A stretch of DNA of 63,698 nucleotides, the filler included. It is 15 parts of 15 records of this genome, joined end to end, with 100 filler letters (N's around TTAATTAATTAA, not from the genome) between each part and the next. Parts side by side here need not be neighbours in the genome. Positions count along the whole stretch, not along the records: positions 1 to 5,065 come from SRR15195285_3121; positions 5,166 to 8,319 come from SRR15195285_3122; positions 8,420 to 12,623 come from SRR15195285_3123; 12 more parts are not named here. One strand, written 5' to 3'. Each line of letters starts with the position of its first letter. Within the stretch, counting starts at the first letter, position 1. Below are positions 1-11,140 of the stretch, piece after piece. The translations under genes were made by a program, and so were the position numbers. Below the pieces are notes generated by a model. That model was not told the origin of the DNA, ran no database searches, and saw only the letters and a program-made list of their open reading frames with translations.

Positions 1-707
1 CTCGCGCCGCAGCAGGCCGCCCGCAAGCTGGCTGCAAGCTCTGCTCCGCCGCTCCGCTCCGTACCGCACCCGGCACCGCACCGGCGCACTGTAGACTCAA
101 GACTGTTGCATCAGATTTGCCGGTGGAAAGTGGAATGCATGAATTCACTGATAAATGCACCAGAAGCGATATTACATGTACTGGTAGGAACCCCTAGCTA
201 CAGTAGAGACAAGCGGTCTGGCCCCGTGGATTGAATTCTGACCCAGCCTGTCCGTGAGCTATTAATCGAGGACGCCACCGGCATCCGTCCAGCGGATGCT
301 CCAATTTTGAAACATTTTGATGTCGAAGCGCCCGGGTGCAGACCTCGGACACGAAGCGTCCCTTGCGCTCAATGCACTCACTGCACGGTATGTTCCCAAC
401 ATACCACCAGCTTTACCGTGCTCTTGATACGCTGTGAGAATGACCGGCCGGATGCCGTGCCAAACGGTGTTCGAACACAGTGGCATTGGATTTTCCACAA
501 TTGGTGATTTTGCACTATACAATCTCGTAGTATTCTCCGCAACGTGGCTCCTTTTTTGAATATAAAAATCCATTAAATAATACGAATTTATAAATGCAAA
601 TGATTTTGGTAGAATTGTATATATTGACGGAGCTGGTGCTGGTGCTGGTGGTGGTGGTGCTGTAGCTGTAGAGGAGGTGTTGTTGCGGGAGGTCGGCGGA
701 TCGTTGC

Positions 708-3230
708 ATGTCCAATCGCTTCTCCTTTGACGGCGCGGGTGCGTCACAGACGGCGGCTGGGAGCGCGCCCGGTGGGAGAGTGGCTGGCGGCGGCGCGAGG
801 GTGGTCAGCACCGGGGCGACTTCGTCCGCGGCTTCTGCCTCGCAAGACGCGAGGGAGGGGCGGGCGGCAGCCCTTGGGGGTGGGGGTGCTGGCGCAGGCA
901 CTGGTGCTGGTGCTGGAGGAAAGTACGTGCCGGCGCATCTGAGGAACGGTGGCGGGCGTGCCAGCGCTGGCGGCGGCGGCCGTGGCGGCGGCGGGTTCGG
1001 CGGTGGTCGTGGCGGGGGATTTGGCGGCCGCGGCGGCGGCGGCCGGCCGGATAGCCGTGGCTCCGATTTCGGCTCCTTTGGCGGACGCAATGCCGGTGGG
1101 TTCGGCGGGCACGCGCAGCAAGGGCGCCAGCAGGGAGGGCGCTTCGACATGGGCGGCGGCCGCGGCGGGGCTGCCGCCCCTGTCCCCGCCCAGCAGTGGC
1201 CGGGCCTTGACGGGCTCGACGACTTCGAGGACAAGCTCGCCGAGGATCAAGAGGCGTTCGTGCGCCAGTTCGGTGAGCCACGGTCGTCCGGCATCGACTT
1301 CGCGAAGTACGATAAGATTGACGTAGAACTGAAGGACTCAGTGCCTGGCAAACCTGCTCTACCAGAGCCGCAGAAGACCTTCGAGGCGCTGAAGTTGGGC
1401 AAGGTATTGTCGCGGAACCTCTCGTTCAACAAGTACGAGGTCCCTACACCGGTCCAGCAACATGCGATCCCGATCGCAGTCTGCGGCAGGGACATCATGG
1501 CTTGTGCTCAGACTGGCTCAGGCAAGACACTCGCGTTCATGTTGCCGATTTGCTGGCACTTGTTGAAGCGCGGCGCCCCGCCAACTCCTCATGACCGTCG
1601 GGTCCCCATCTCTGCGCTTGGGCTCGCGCCTACGCGCGAGCTTGCTGTTCAAATCCACGAGGAGAGCCAGAAGTTCTCCTTCCGCTCTGGGCTGCGCTTC
1701 GCCATTGCGTACGGAGGCACGCACGTCAATGAGCAGATTCGAGCCATCGAGCGCGGGTGTGACGTGCTGATTGCCACACCTGGTCGGCTTGTCGACATAC
1801 TAGAGCGCGGCATCGTTACCCTTCGCCACGTCATCTTCCTGGTCTTGGACGAGGCCGACCGAATGCTTGATATGGGATTCGAACCGCAGATGCGCCAGAT
1901 TATCCAGCAGGCTGACATGCCGCAGGGCGCGGATGGTCGGCGCACAATGATGTTTTCTGCCACTTTCCCGACCTCAATCCAGCGCTTGGCCGCCGATTTC
2001 CTGTACGAACCTGTTCACGTCACCGTAGGAAAGGTCGGTGCGGCGTCCGCCAACGTCACTCAGGTTGTCATGAATATCGAAGACGACATGAAGCCAAAGG
2101 TCCTCTGCGATCAGCTGACAAGCAATCCGGGGCGCACGTTGATCTTCGTCGAAACAAAGCGAAATGCGGATATGCTAGAATTCGCTCTGCAGGACCGCAA
2201 GTTTCCTGCAACATCTATTCATGGTGATCGCAGCCAGCAAGAACGCGAATCCGCACTGGAAGGTTTCAAGAATGGTGAGTTGTGTCTCCAGCCCCTGCGA
2301 TGCCTTACCGTTTTCGCTTGCAGCCTCGTGCTGTCGCCACAGCAAAGAAGATAACATGCCTCTAATCCTGAACGTCAAAGGACGTAGCACTCCTGTAATG
2401 CTGTTAACCCTACATTCGCGTGTAAAAAATTTCGGAGCTTAGCTTGCAGCACGCAGCATACCAATGTCACAACGCGAGCAACATAGCGTCCATGTGGATG
2501 ACTGAAGTTGATGCCGTTTGTGCACGCTTTGCAGGCAAGACACCAATTCTCGTAGCAACCAATGTAGCAGCGCGCGGTTTAGACATTTCGGATGTGAGCC
2601 ACGTGATAAACTTCGACATGCCGAAGGACATCGACGACTACATTCATCGTATTGGGCGTACCGGTCGGGCAGGCAACCGCGGCACAGCCACATCCTTTGT
2701 GAACGACTACAATCTACGCATCTGCAAGGAGCTTGTGCTTGTGTTGAATGAGGCTGGCCAGGATGTGCCAAAGTGGCTTAAGTCCATGGCGGCTCGTGGT
2801 CCTGCCGTACAGGTAAGGAGCAAACGCCCTCTCTCAATGCCTAGGCTTGCGACCATTTCTGGCGCAATCGCTTCCCTCCTGCTCTGCTGCTGCTCCTGCG
2901 ATGATGATGAACACACTTTCGAATATTTGCTAGCGGAATACTGTTGTCGAAAACAATATCATCTGAGCTGCTATTACCGCTGCCGCCAGCATCGGTTTTT
3001 GGTCGGAAAAAAGATGTGAGCGCTGACCTTGCCGAATTGGTTGCGGTGTACGTCGCACGCAGGGCTTGGGTTTTTCCAAGCGTTCCGATCGAGAAGTGGA
3101 CGGATTTGATAGCACTGGCGCGGAGGCGGAGCCTGAGACGATCGCCGTACACTCTGCTTTCGGCGCACCACCAGCCGACGCTGGGGGTGGCATGTTTGAC
3201 TCGGACGACGACGAAGATAGTGTGTGGTAA
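708..3230 (+). CDS. DED1: DEAD-box RNA helicase, DED1/DDX3 subfamily (exons ~708-2274, 2535-2812, 3063-3230)
   Basis: RGG-rich N-terminus; [68 protein letters not shown] introns 2275-2534 and 2813-3062 keep frame; ends in acidic DDDEDSVW*. Confidence 0.93.
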
Positions 3231-3382
3231 TTCACACTGCGTGCCCGTGTGACTGTTTGGGTCCGGCTACACCAGGAATCTAACCTCTTGTGTGAGGTAG
3301 CAAATGTAGAGACCTAGGGATTGTGCCGCGTTGTGCCAACTGCGGCCAACCTACGAGACGCAACCTATACAACTCGATCATT

Positions 3383-5065
3383 TCATTTGACTTGCCCTTG
3401 GAGTCGCATTCTCACCCTCCGCACAAGCTCTCCCCAGAGCATTGCCCTCTCATTCCCACTATTCTGCAGCATCCCAGCATTCTCTTGTGCCCTCCTGACC
3501 AAATAGGGTAGCACTTCGTGCAGTGGCCCATATGGCACGTATTTGTATGCCTGGTAGCCGTGCGCACCAAGTGTGAACGTGAGGTGGTCAGCCATGCCGT
3601 AGAGCTGTCCGAAGGCGACGCCACCGTCGGCGTCTCGCGTGATACCGTTCTCTGCCATCTCAGAGAGCGTGTGCTCGATGGAGCCTTGATTGTGCGACGC
3701 CACCATCAGGTTGGGCCGCGACTCGCCATTAGTGACGGCCGGACGCCGTAGGATCGTGCTGATCGCGCCATTGTAGCAATCGTGCGTAGCGTCGATTGTC
3801 GGGTGGATCGGAGACTCCTGACCAAGCGCCACCGCGTGCGTAGCCTCCAGCTCCATGTACGCGCCACGCACGAGCTTCGCGGCAAAGTGCCAGCCCTCGC
3901 GCTCAGCGAGCGCGATATGCGCAGAGATCTTGCTAGTGGCTGCTTTGAGGTAACACTGGTAGGTGTTAAAAATGATCGGCTGCTTGCCTCTGTCTTGCCG
4001 GTTGTACTTTCGCTGAAGGTCAAGCACCAGCTGGTCGATCGCCGGCTGGAAGTAGGAGTGCTCGGCATCAATCATGAGACGCACAGCATGATGGTCGGCG
4101 AGCGCAGCAAGGCCTTGCACGCGCTCAATCATGCGCGTGACCAAGGCCTGCTCACCCTCATCGAGGGCCGCACGCGTGAATGGCCCGCGAGAGCGGCAAT
4201 GCGCGGCCATCGCTGCCATCTGCTGGACGTCCAAAGCCGCGCACCACTCTAGCGCATCCAGCCGCCCATCGTCGCCTGCGTGCCGGTCGAAGGCGCGACG
4301 TAGCCCAGCCTCATCTGGCACGTGGAACAGGCTCTGGTAGCCCTTGAGAAATGTTGGCCAGTCCATGCCGTGTTCGCTAGCTGACTCGCCCTGGATCCGA
4401 TCGAAGAGCCCCGCGATCTCTACCAGTGCCGTCGACCAGCGCTCGAGCAGCATGGGATTGCCCAGCGCGGTCATCTTGATGGCCGCAAAACCATCTGGGC
4501 TAACGTCGCGCACGGCTTCGATGGCCTGACGGAAGATCTGCTCGTTTGCGTCACACTCGCGTTCGTTTGTGTAGTGATACACGCGCGCCGAGTAGACCGG
4601 GGGGCTGGAGACGCCGTGCGTCTCGAATGTGATGCGGCCCGGATCACGATTGTCGTCGATGCCGAAGTCCTCGTCGGCCAGGTCAGCCTCCGCTGCGTAA
4701 TCGAGGATGCCACCAATGCCTGCACTGCGAAGGCGCGCTAGTACTGGCGCGATGTCTTGCACGTCTTCACCGACACAAAAGTGCTGGAAGAAAGTCGGCC
4801 TGACGATGAGCTCAACCGCCCGCGAGCCGAGCACTCGCGTCGCTCCCGCCAGCAGCGCCTCGGCATTCCGAACCAGTGGTGCGCAGCCACAGGCCGAGAA
4901 CACGCCCACGGCCCTCAGCAGATCGCGGTTGCTCAAGCTCTGGTACGCAAGCGCATTGTCCCTAAAGTCGAGTCTCTGGGCCTCGCTCCGAGCCAGAGAT
5001 ACGTCCGAGGCGTGGACTTGTCGTCGCGGCGGTCTCTGCGCGATCGATCTCGCTGCACGCAGAGC
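3383..5065 (-). CDS. PRODH: Mitochondrial proline dehydrogenase, 5' end cut by contig edge
   Basis: TFFQHFCVGE, GILDYAAE, AIKMTALG, LMIDAEHSYFQPAID, FNTYQCYLK, KLVRGAYM, VASHN, FGQLYGM, KYVPYGP..YLVRRAQEN. Frame stays open upstream of 4936 with an Arg-rich transit-peptide-like stretch; degenerate EF-hand-like insert (FDRHAGDDGRLDALEW). Confidence 0.95.
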   Translation of the reverse strand, partial: ALRAARSIAQRPPRRQVHASDVSLARSEAQRLDFRDNALAYQSLSNRDLLRAVGVFSACGCAPLVRNAEALLAGATRVLGSRAVELIVRPTFFQHFCVGEDVQDIAPVLARLRSAGIGGILDYAAEADLADEDFGIDDNRDPGRITFETHGVSSPPVYSARVYHYTNERECDANEQIFRQAIEAVRDVSPDGFAAIKMTALGNPMLLERWSTALVEIAGLFDRIQGESASEHGMDWPTFLKGYQSLFHVPDEAGLRRAFDRHAGDDGRLDALEWCAALDVQQMAAMAAHCRSRGPFTRAALDEGEQALVTRMIERVQGLAALADHHAVRLMIDAEHSYFQPAIDQLVLDLQRKYNRQDRGKQPIIFNTYQCYLKAATSKISAHIALAEREGWHFAAKLVRGAYMELEATHAVALGQESPIHPTIDATHDCYNGAISTILRRPAVTNGESRPNLMVASHNQGSIEHTLSEMAENGITRDADGGVAFGQLYGMADHLTFTLGAHGYQAYKYVPYGPLHEVLPYLVRRAQENAGMLQNSGNERAMLWGELVRRVRMRLQGQVK

Positions 5066-5165
5066 NNNNNNNNNNNNNNNNNNNNNNNNNNNNNNNNNNN
5101 NNNNNNNNNTTAATTAATTAANNNNNNNNNNNNNNNNNNNNNNNNNNNNNNNNNNNNNNNNNNNN
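5066..5165. other. Artificial contig spacer (first of 14)
   Basis: N-run + TTAATTAATTAA (stops in six frames) + N-run, 100 nt. Also at 8320-8419, 12624-12723, 17797-17896, 21363-21462, 24541-24640, 27650-27749, 32747-32846, 37413-37512, 41241-41340, 46926-47025, 51590-51689, 55364-55463 and 60421-60520. Confidence 0.99.
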
Positions 5166-5766
5166 CTGCACGCGTGCAGCACGGGGGCACACAGGGTTCA
5201 CATTGTATGTGGATTTTACATATAATAATACATACAGTTTCGTGTGCTGGTAATGCAAATTCAATGAAATGTGTACGAGAATACTATTGACTGCTCGTGG
5301 TCTGTGCGCCGCAAGCGCGCAAGGGGCGCCGGCAAGGGGCGCCGGATCAAGAAAGAAACGCGGCGGCCACCGTCGCATCGCGCGGCACCCTCCATCCGTC
5401 CGTCCGCGCGCGCGCGCGCACCGCCGCCGCGCGCGGCCGCGGGGCAGCATGCACAACAACCCGCGGCGCCGGCCGCGCGCGCGGCGGCGTTCGCCGCCGG
5501 CGCGGCGACGCACGAGAGGACGAGCCTACTTCGTTCAGCTGAGTCGTAGGGGAGACTCATCCCCTTGCTGGCACGGCAGCCATCGGCTCTGCCAGAGGTG
5601 GATACCAGGTGATTGGCTGGCTGACGACTGCAGGCCCGTAGTAGCAGAACGGAGCGAACTGTTCCCGCGCAGTGGGCACTGCGCTCGCTGCCAGTGCGCG
5701 CTATCAAGAACAGGGAGCGGAGATAGAACGAAGGAGGCCAAAGCGAGCTTTCAGGCTCTCAAGGGC

Positions 5767-7585
5767 ATGGAGGCGCGGAAGAAAAGCGACTCTGTGGCAA
5801 GCGATTCCAAACCCGCCAAGAGCCCGGCATCGACGACGTCTTATTCGCCGGCTCTGGGAGTGAACATTCCGGCCGGGACACGGAGACCGCAGCAGTCGAA
5901 GAGCACCAAGGCCACACCGACAGCATTAGGGCGCGCGAGAAAGTCGAAAGCTGCATCGGATGAGGCCACAACAAATTCAGATGGATATAGACAAGGCGAC
6001 AAAGTTGTATTTGCATCGTTCTGCCCACACCGCGACCGTGGGATGGGCACGGTGGTGTATTCGTCTCGATCAGGGATATGCGTGGCGTTCGACACTGACG
6101 GGGGCAAGTCGCAGGAGTGGGTCTATAACGAATTCATTACCCGCCCTGGTACAGCTAGAGGGTCTACCAGCAGGAAGAGTACCGGCGGCACGGTTGTCAA
6201 GCAGAAGGCAGAAGCGCAGGACGCTGGGTTGGCACTGGTAAACCTGACTCGGCGGAGCAGCCTTGCCCGCTTCGTGTTCAAGTTTCTACGCCACCGCGAC
6301 CGAGGCCTGCTGGTCCACGATGAAGTCCTGGGGTTCACCCAGCCTAAACCTAAGCCTAGGCCTCAGTCTAGGGTTCAGTCTGGCCAAGCACCAGATAAAG
6401 TCTTGAAGGTAATTGTACTTGGTGACAGTGGGTGAGCAAATCGCAACCTCAATCGAAAGCTGCTTGCGTGCGTCTCGTCTGCGGTTGGGCAGTTTTACTA
6501 CTGTGGTTGTGTATAATGTCTAACACTTCCCTGGTCTCGTTGAACACCAGTGTTGGCAAGACTGGGCTGATGGACCGATACGTAGGGCAGAAGTTCACCG
6601 GCATGTACCAGCCAACAGTCTCCGTAGAATTCCGAACGAAAAATCTGATCGTGGACGACAAGCTGGTGAGATTGGAGGTGCGTACGTGTACTTTCACGAC
6701 ACCATTCCTAGTATCTCGGAGAAGTGTTGTTTTGGATTCTGTGAACATCTGAACATATCGCGCATTGCGTTCTGGTGTGATCATGTAGCTGTGGGACACA
6801 CCAGGACACAAGAAATTCCAATCGTTCAGCTGGGCATACTACCGTGGGGCGGATGCCTGTGTTCTTTTACATGACATGACCAACATCACGTCCTTCCACA
6901 ATCTGGAGAGCTGGAAAACTGATTTTCTGGACCACCTAGTCCGCACAGGGGTGATTGATCCAGAAACACGATGTTCCTCGCGGTTTCCATTTTTGGTGCT
7001 GGGCACCAAGTGCGACCTGGTGCGGCGTGTGGCATCCTCAGAAGTTACAACGTGGTGTGGCGATGGAACGACGCCATGCTTCGAGACATCAGCAAAGGAC
7101 AATACTAATGTCGAGATTGCCTTCGTGCAGCTGGCAAGAAACGTGCGCGTTCCTCTCGTAGGCTGCAGTATTCAGTTTGAAACCATTCTGCTGTATGTCA
7201 CCTTCGCGCTTGCATATAAATCTGCCCATTATTTGCGCAGGCATTAGCTACGGCTGAAGCTTCTGCCGCCGTGATTACGGACCCTACTCGAACAGCAGCA
7301 TCTCCAGCTATACTTGCAGATCGTGGGAACCTTGCTCGATCGAAGCCACGCTGGGTTCCAGATCACAACGCCCCAAGCTGCATGCTGTGCGAAAGGAAGT
7401 TTAGCCTGCTGGATCGAAGGCATCATTGCCGCCAGTGTGGGTGGGCAGTGTGCGCTACGTGCTCCACGGCGAAGATATCTCTTGAACGGTGGTTGGATTC
7501 AAAGCCCCCACACACATTGAGAACTACGCGTTCGGACACGGCGTTGCGCGTCTGCAGCTTATGCTCAGCGGCCAATCTTACTTGA
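5767..7585 (+). CDS. Rab7-like GTPase domain fused to C-terminal FYVE zinc finger (exons ~5767-6431, 6551-6677, 6789-7142, 7241-7585; start uncertain)
   Basis: Spliced product gives LKVIVLGDSGVGKT, LWDTPGH, YYRGADAC, FPFLVLGTKCD, FETSAK, then FYVE WVPD..CMLC..RRHHCRQCG..CATCS..RVCSLC. All introns are GT-AG and frame-consistent. Confidence 0.88.
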
Positions 7586-7647
7586 GGGCTCCGGTCGGGA
7601 TGCATGAAGATTTTACATGGTGCCCTCGCTATGATCCGTACATCCAC

Positions 7648-7689
7648 ATGGACTACTTGAGCCACGTTATGGACTACTTGAGCCACGTT
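7648..7689 (+). repeat. 21-bp direct tandem duplication (ATGGACTACTTGAGCCACGTT x2)
   Basis: Read directly in the 3' flank of the Rab-FYVE gene. Confidence 0.9.
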
Positions 7690-9220
7690 CCATTCGCCGA
7701 CTACGGTCCGGGAGGATTAGTTTCCGCTTGCAGAGAAGAGGCAAAGGCAGACGCAGAGTAGCCGCGGGGGTGGACTGCAGCAAATCAGTGGTGCTGAAGC
7801 GTGGTCCCATGCCGAAGCTCCCTATCGTGACGGACGGCAAATCCCTCGTGGCAGACACAATTCGCATTGTAGAACGATGATTTGTCAACTTTGTTCTCTT
7901 TCGCGTTAGCTAAACAATGGCAGTCACTAAAATGTACCAGTAATCTACGAAGTACAGAATAAGCTTTGTGGCGGTATTTAACCGCTTTAGAGACCGGCAC
8001 AAGGCGAATGTAGAAGATAGAACACATTCAGGATAAAGCGTACATTGCACAACGACACAACTAGACTACACAAACCAAATCTTCACTGCACTATCAGGAG
8101 TACTACAGCTGTACGCCGGTGTACCGGTACGTATGAAAAAATGTAGCCATCCCAACACGCGTCACGCCAAACACGTTCACGCCGCCGTGGTCAAAAGTTG
8201 GTTGACGGATTGTCTTACCAACCAGCGCGGGCGGGGTGCACTCCGCTGTACGTCCGTCAAATCCTGCCGTATCGGCTAGAGATGGGCCCTGGGCCCATCT
8301 AAATGGGATCAGTGAGAATNNNNNNNNNNNNNNNNNNNNNNNNNNNNNNNNNNNNNNNNNNNNTTAATTAATTAANNNNNNNNNNNNNNNNNNNNNNNNN
8401 NNNNNNNNNNNNNNNNNNNCGGACCCGTAGCGCCGTCTTCACCCCACCACTACGCACAATACTAGTACTAGTATACGTAGTACTAGCTAGTAGAGAAAAT
8501 GAACAGTGTTGTCCAGTCATTTCAGTTTTCACACGGACTTTGATGTCGGCATTTGTTCATTTCGGGACACAAAAACACTCCGCTCTTGACTCTTGCTGAC
8601 CACAGCTGGTCGTGTCCGCTCAATGATCTCAGTGATCATCATCTGGTGTGTGCGCTGCTGTCCATCTCAAATTTGACGGTCCATCTCCACCCCTTCCACA
8701 CAGACTTTCTCCACAGAGACAAATACACGGTCGATACCCCTTTTGAATCGAGCGGAACCGACAGAACGGAAGTGTCTGTGCATCCGCCGAAATCGGAAAT
8801 TTGGTTCCGATGAGAACACAAGTTCACAACTCACCAGTCCCCACCGACCAGTTTATTTGCTCTACGATGACCACAGAGCACGAGCGTCCAACTCCTGATT
8901 TAACCCCATCTACGTTGAATGTGAACGTATTATGGATCAGCTCTCCACCCCGCAAAATCAACCTCCATAGCATCATTGACTAAGAAACCGAGGAGCCTCC
9001 TCTGTCCATCTCCAGTCACATCTTTTCCGCGCGAATTACACCTACAATTACTGTCATTAATCCCCGCCGAGAATTGATGGGACCGTGTGTTTAGTGAGAA
9101 GCGGTGTCGATCCTGGTAGGGATTCGACGGCGTCTGCAGCGGGAAATCGAAATGGCCGTCGTTGACAAAAACTCACCAACACCACACAGAAGAAGAAGCG
9201 CTTGGCACCGGACCGTCAAG

Positions 9221-10750
9221 ATGATGAAGCTCATCGCAGGAATGGCCATGGCTGGCCTCGCCATGGCGGCACCGCTCCCCGAGGCGACCTCCACCGACTT
9301 CGCGGCGTGGAAGGCGGCGCACGGCAAGTCGTACACGGGGGAGGAGCACGCCCGCCGTGCGAGCATCTTCGCCGACAACGTGGCGTTCATCGAGTCCGAG
9401 AACACCAAGGGCCACGGCTACACCCTCGGCGTTGGACCGTTCGCTGACATGACGAACGACGAGTTCGCCGCCTCCATGACCACCCCGTTCGAGCGCAACA
9501 CCCCGCGCAACGAGGTCTACCTCCCCACCCTCGCCAAGATGCACGGCGACGCCGATGCCTCCGTCGACTGGGTCACAAAGGGCGCCGTCACCCCGGTCAA
9601 GAACCAGGGCAAGTGCGGCTCCTGCTGGTCCTTCTCCACCACCGGCTCCATCGAAGGCGCCAACCAGATCGTCGGCAACACCCTGATCTCCCTCTCCGAG
9701 CAGCAGCTGGTCGACTGCGCCGGCAAGTACGGCAACAAGGGCTGCCAGGGAGGCTCCATGGACGCCGCCATGACGTACGTCAAGACCAACGGCGGTCTTG
9801 ACACCGAGGAGGACTACCAGTACCAGGGCAAGAACGACCAGTGTGATAAGTCCAAGGAGGGCCAGCACGCTGCCTCCATCACCGGCCACAAGGACGTCCC
9901 GCAGAACAACCCGACGCAGCTTGCCGCCGCCGTCGCCAAGGGCCCTGTATCGATTGCCATCGAGGCCGACAAGCCGGCGTTCCAGCACTACAAGTCCGGC
10001 GTCCTCGACTCCACCGCGTGCGGCACCAAGCTCGACCACGGTGTCCTGATCGTTGGCTACGGCTCCGACTCCGCCAGTGGTGAGGACTACTGGAAGGTCA
10101 AGAACTCGTGGGGCCCGACCTGGGGTGAGCAGGGCTACATCCGCATCGAGAAGGGCGACGGCTCCTCGAAGGGTGTGTGCGGCATCAACATGCAGCCGGT
10201 CTACCCGACCGCCACCAAGGGCCCGCCGCCGGCCCCGAGCCCTGGGCCCGGCCCGTCCCCACCGCCGGCCCCAGGTGGTCAGTGCGCTGTTCCGGCTGCT
10301 GAGCGCCACAGCTGCGGTTTCCTCCTGGGCAAGGCGGCCTGTGAGCAGAAGGGCTGCTGCTTCGACAACTCCATCCTCTTCGCCGCCCACTGCTTCCACC
10401 CGGGCAGCGGCCCCGGCCCGTCCCCGCCTCCCGGCCCGACCCCGCCTGCCCCGCCGGGCGAGGGACACTACGAGAAGCCGAACCCGACCTGCCACACCGG
10501 CGAGGACGCCATCAAGATCCAGGGTCTGAACGGTGACTTCTGCTCCCCGGAGTGCTCGGCTACAACGTCGTGCCCAGCCGCCCCGGCTGGTTCCACTGCC
10601 CTCCCACAGTGCGTCCTTGAGTCGCAGGGCGCCTCCTCGCCGACCAACTGCGCCCTCATCTGCGGCGGTGGCGGTGCTCACGGCGGCACCTGCCCGACTG
10701 GCGCGACCTGCCAGCAGATCCAGAACACTGGCATCTGCCTTTACCCTTAA
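9221..10750 (+). CDS. Secreted papain-family (C1A) cathepsin L-like protease with trefoil and Cys-rich C-terminal extensions
   Basis: Signal peptide MMKLIAGMAMAGLAMA; I29 propeptide (R..IF..N..FI, FADMTNDEF); catalytic QGKCGSCWSF, LDHGVL, KNSWG; intronless with strongly C/G-ending codons. Confidence 0.96.
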   Translation: MMKLIAGMAMAGLAMAAPLPEATSTDFAAWKAAHGKSYTGEEHARRASIFADNVAFIESENTKGHGYTLGVGPFADMTNDEFAASMTTPFERNTPRNEVYLPTLAKMHGDADASVDWVTKGAVTPVKNQGKCGSCWSFSTTGSIEGANQIVGNTLISLSEQQLVDCAGKYGNKGCQGGSMDAAMTYVKTNGGLDTEEDYQYQGKNDQCDKSKEGQHAASITGHKDVPQNNPTQLAAAVAKGPVSIAIEADKPAFQHYKSGVLDSTACGTKLDHGVLIVGYGSDSASGEDYWKVKNSWGPTWGEQGYIRIEKGDGSSKGVCGINMQPVYPTATKGPPPAPSPGPGPSPPPAPGGQCAVPAAERHSCGFLLGKAACEQKGCCFDNSILFAAHCFHPGSGPGPSPPPGPTPPAPPGEGHYEKPNPTCHTGEDAIKIQGLNGDFCSPECSATTSCPAAPAGSTALPQCVLESQGASSPTNCALICGGGGAHGGTCPTGATCQQIQNTGICLYP

Positions 10751-10976
10751 GCTACGATGGACGACAAGAGCTGCACTAATTGCGAGTGTTGGATAATAAT
10801 CGAGCAACGTTTTGCTGACTTGGACACACTGGCATTTCACGACGCCCACACAGCCACGCACTCTAGCTAGACACCACAGATTGCGCTATATTTCCCCAAA
10901 CTGGTGCTGCCGACGCTAAATATGCCCAAAGTGGTAGCTCGCCGCGCATTTCGGTAGTGGTGCGAGTTCTGCTCTG

Positions 10977-11042
10977 ATGAGGCCAGCCAAGCGTCACAGC
11001 TTGGCGCTTATGAGGCCAGCCAAGTGTCACAGCTTGGCGCTT
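10977..11042 (+). repeat. 33-bp tandem duplication; first unit holds a CCAAGC...GCTTGG stem (one mismatch in second)
   Basis: ATGAGGCCAGCCAAGCGTCACAGCTTGGCGCTT then ATGAGGCCAGCCAAGTGTCACAGCTTGGCGCTT, between convergent genes. Confidence 0.85.
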
Positions 11043-11140
11043 TGGGCAGCGCTGCGAAGAACCTGCAGCCTGCGCTCCCGTGCACTGCGGTCCGCACCTG
11101 CCTACCGTAGAGCGTTGACCGCGTTCCGCGAAGACGCTGT

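Noticed and set aside
231-244. TTGAATTCTGACCC shared with 47042-47055
   Set aside because: A single 14-nt match without clear flanking homology; could be a repeat remnant but is insufficient alone.
515-1281. Pro/Ala-rich antisense ORFs
   Set aside because: Reverse complement of the Gly-rich RGG region of the helicase.
9173-10861. 562-aa antisense ORF over the cathepsin gene and similar shadow ORFs
   Set aside because: Expected by-product of high GC3 codon bias; no protein motifs.
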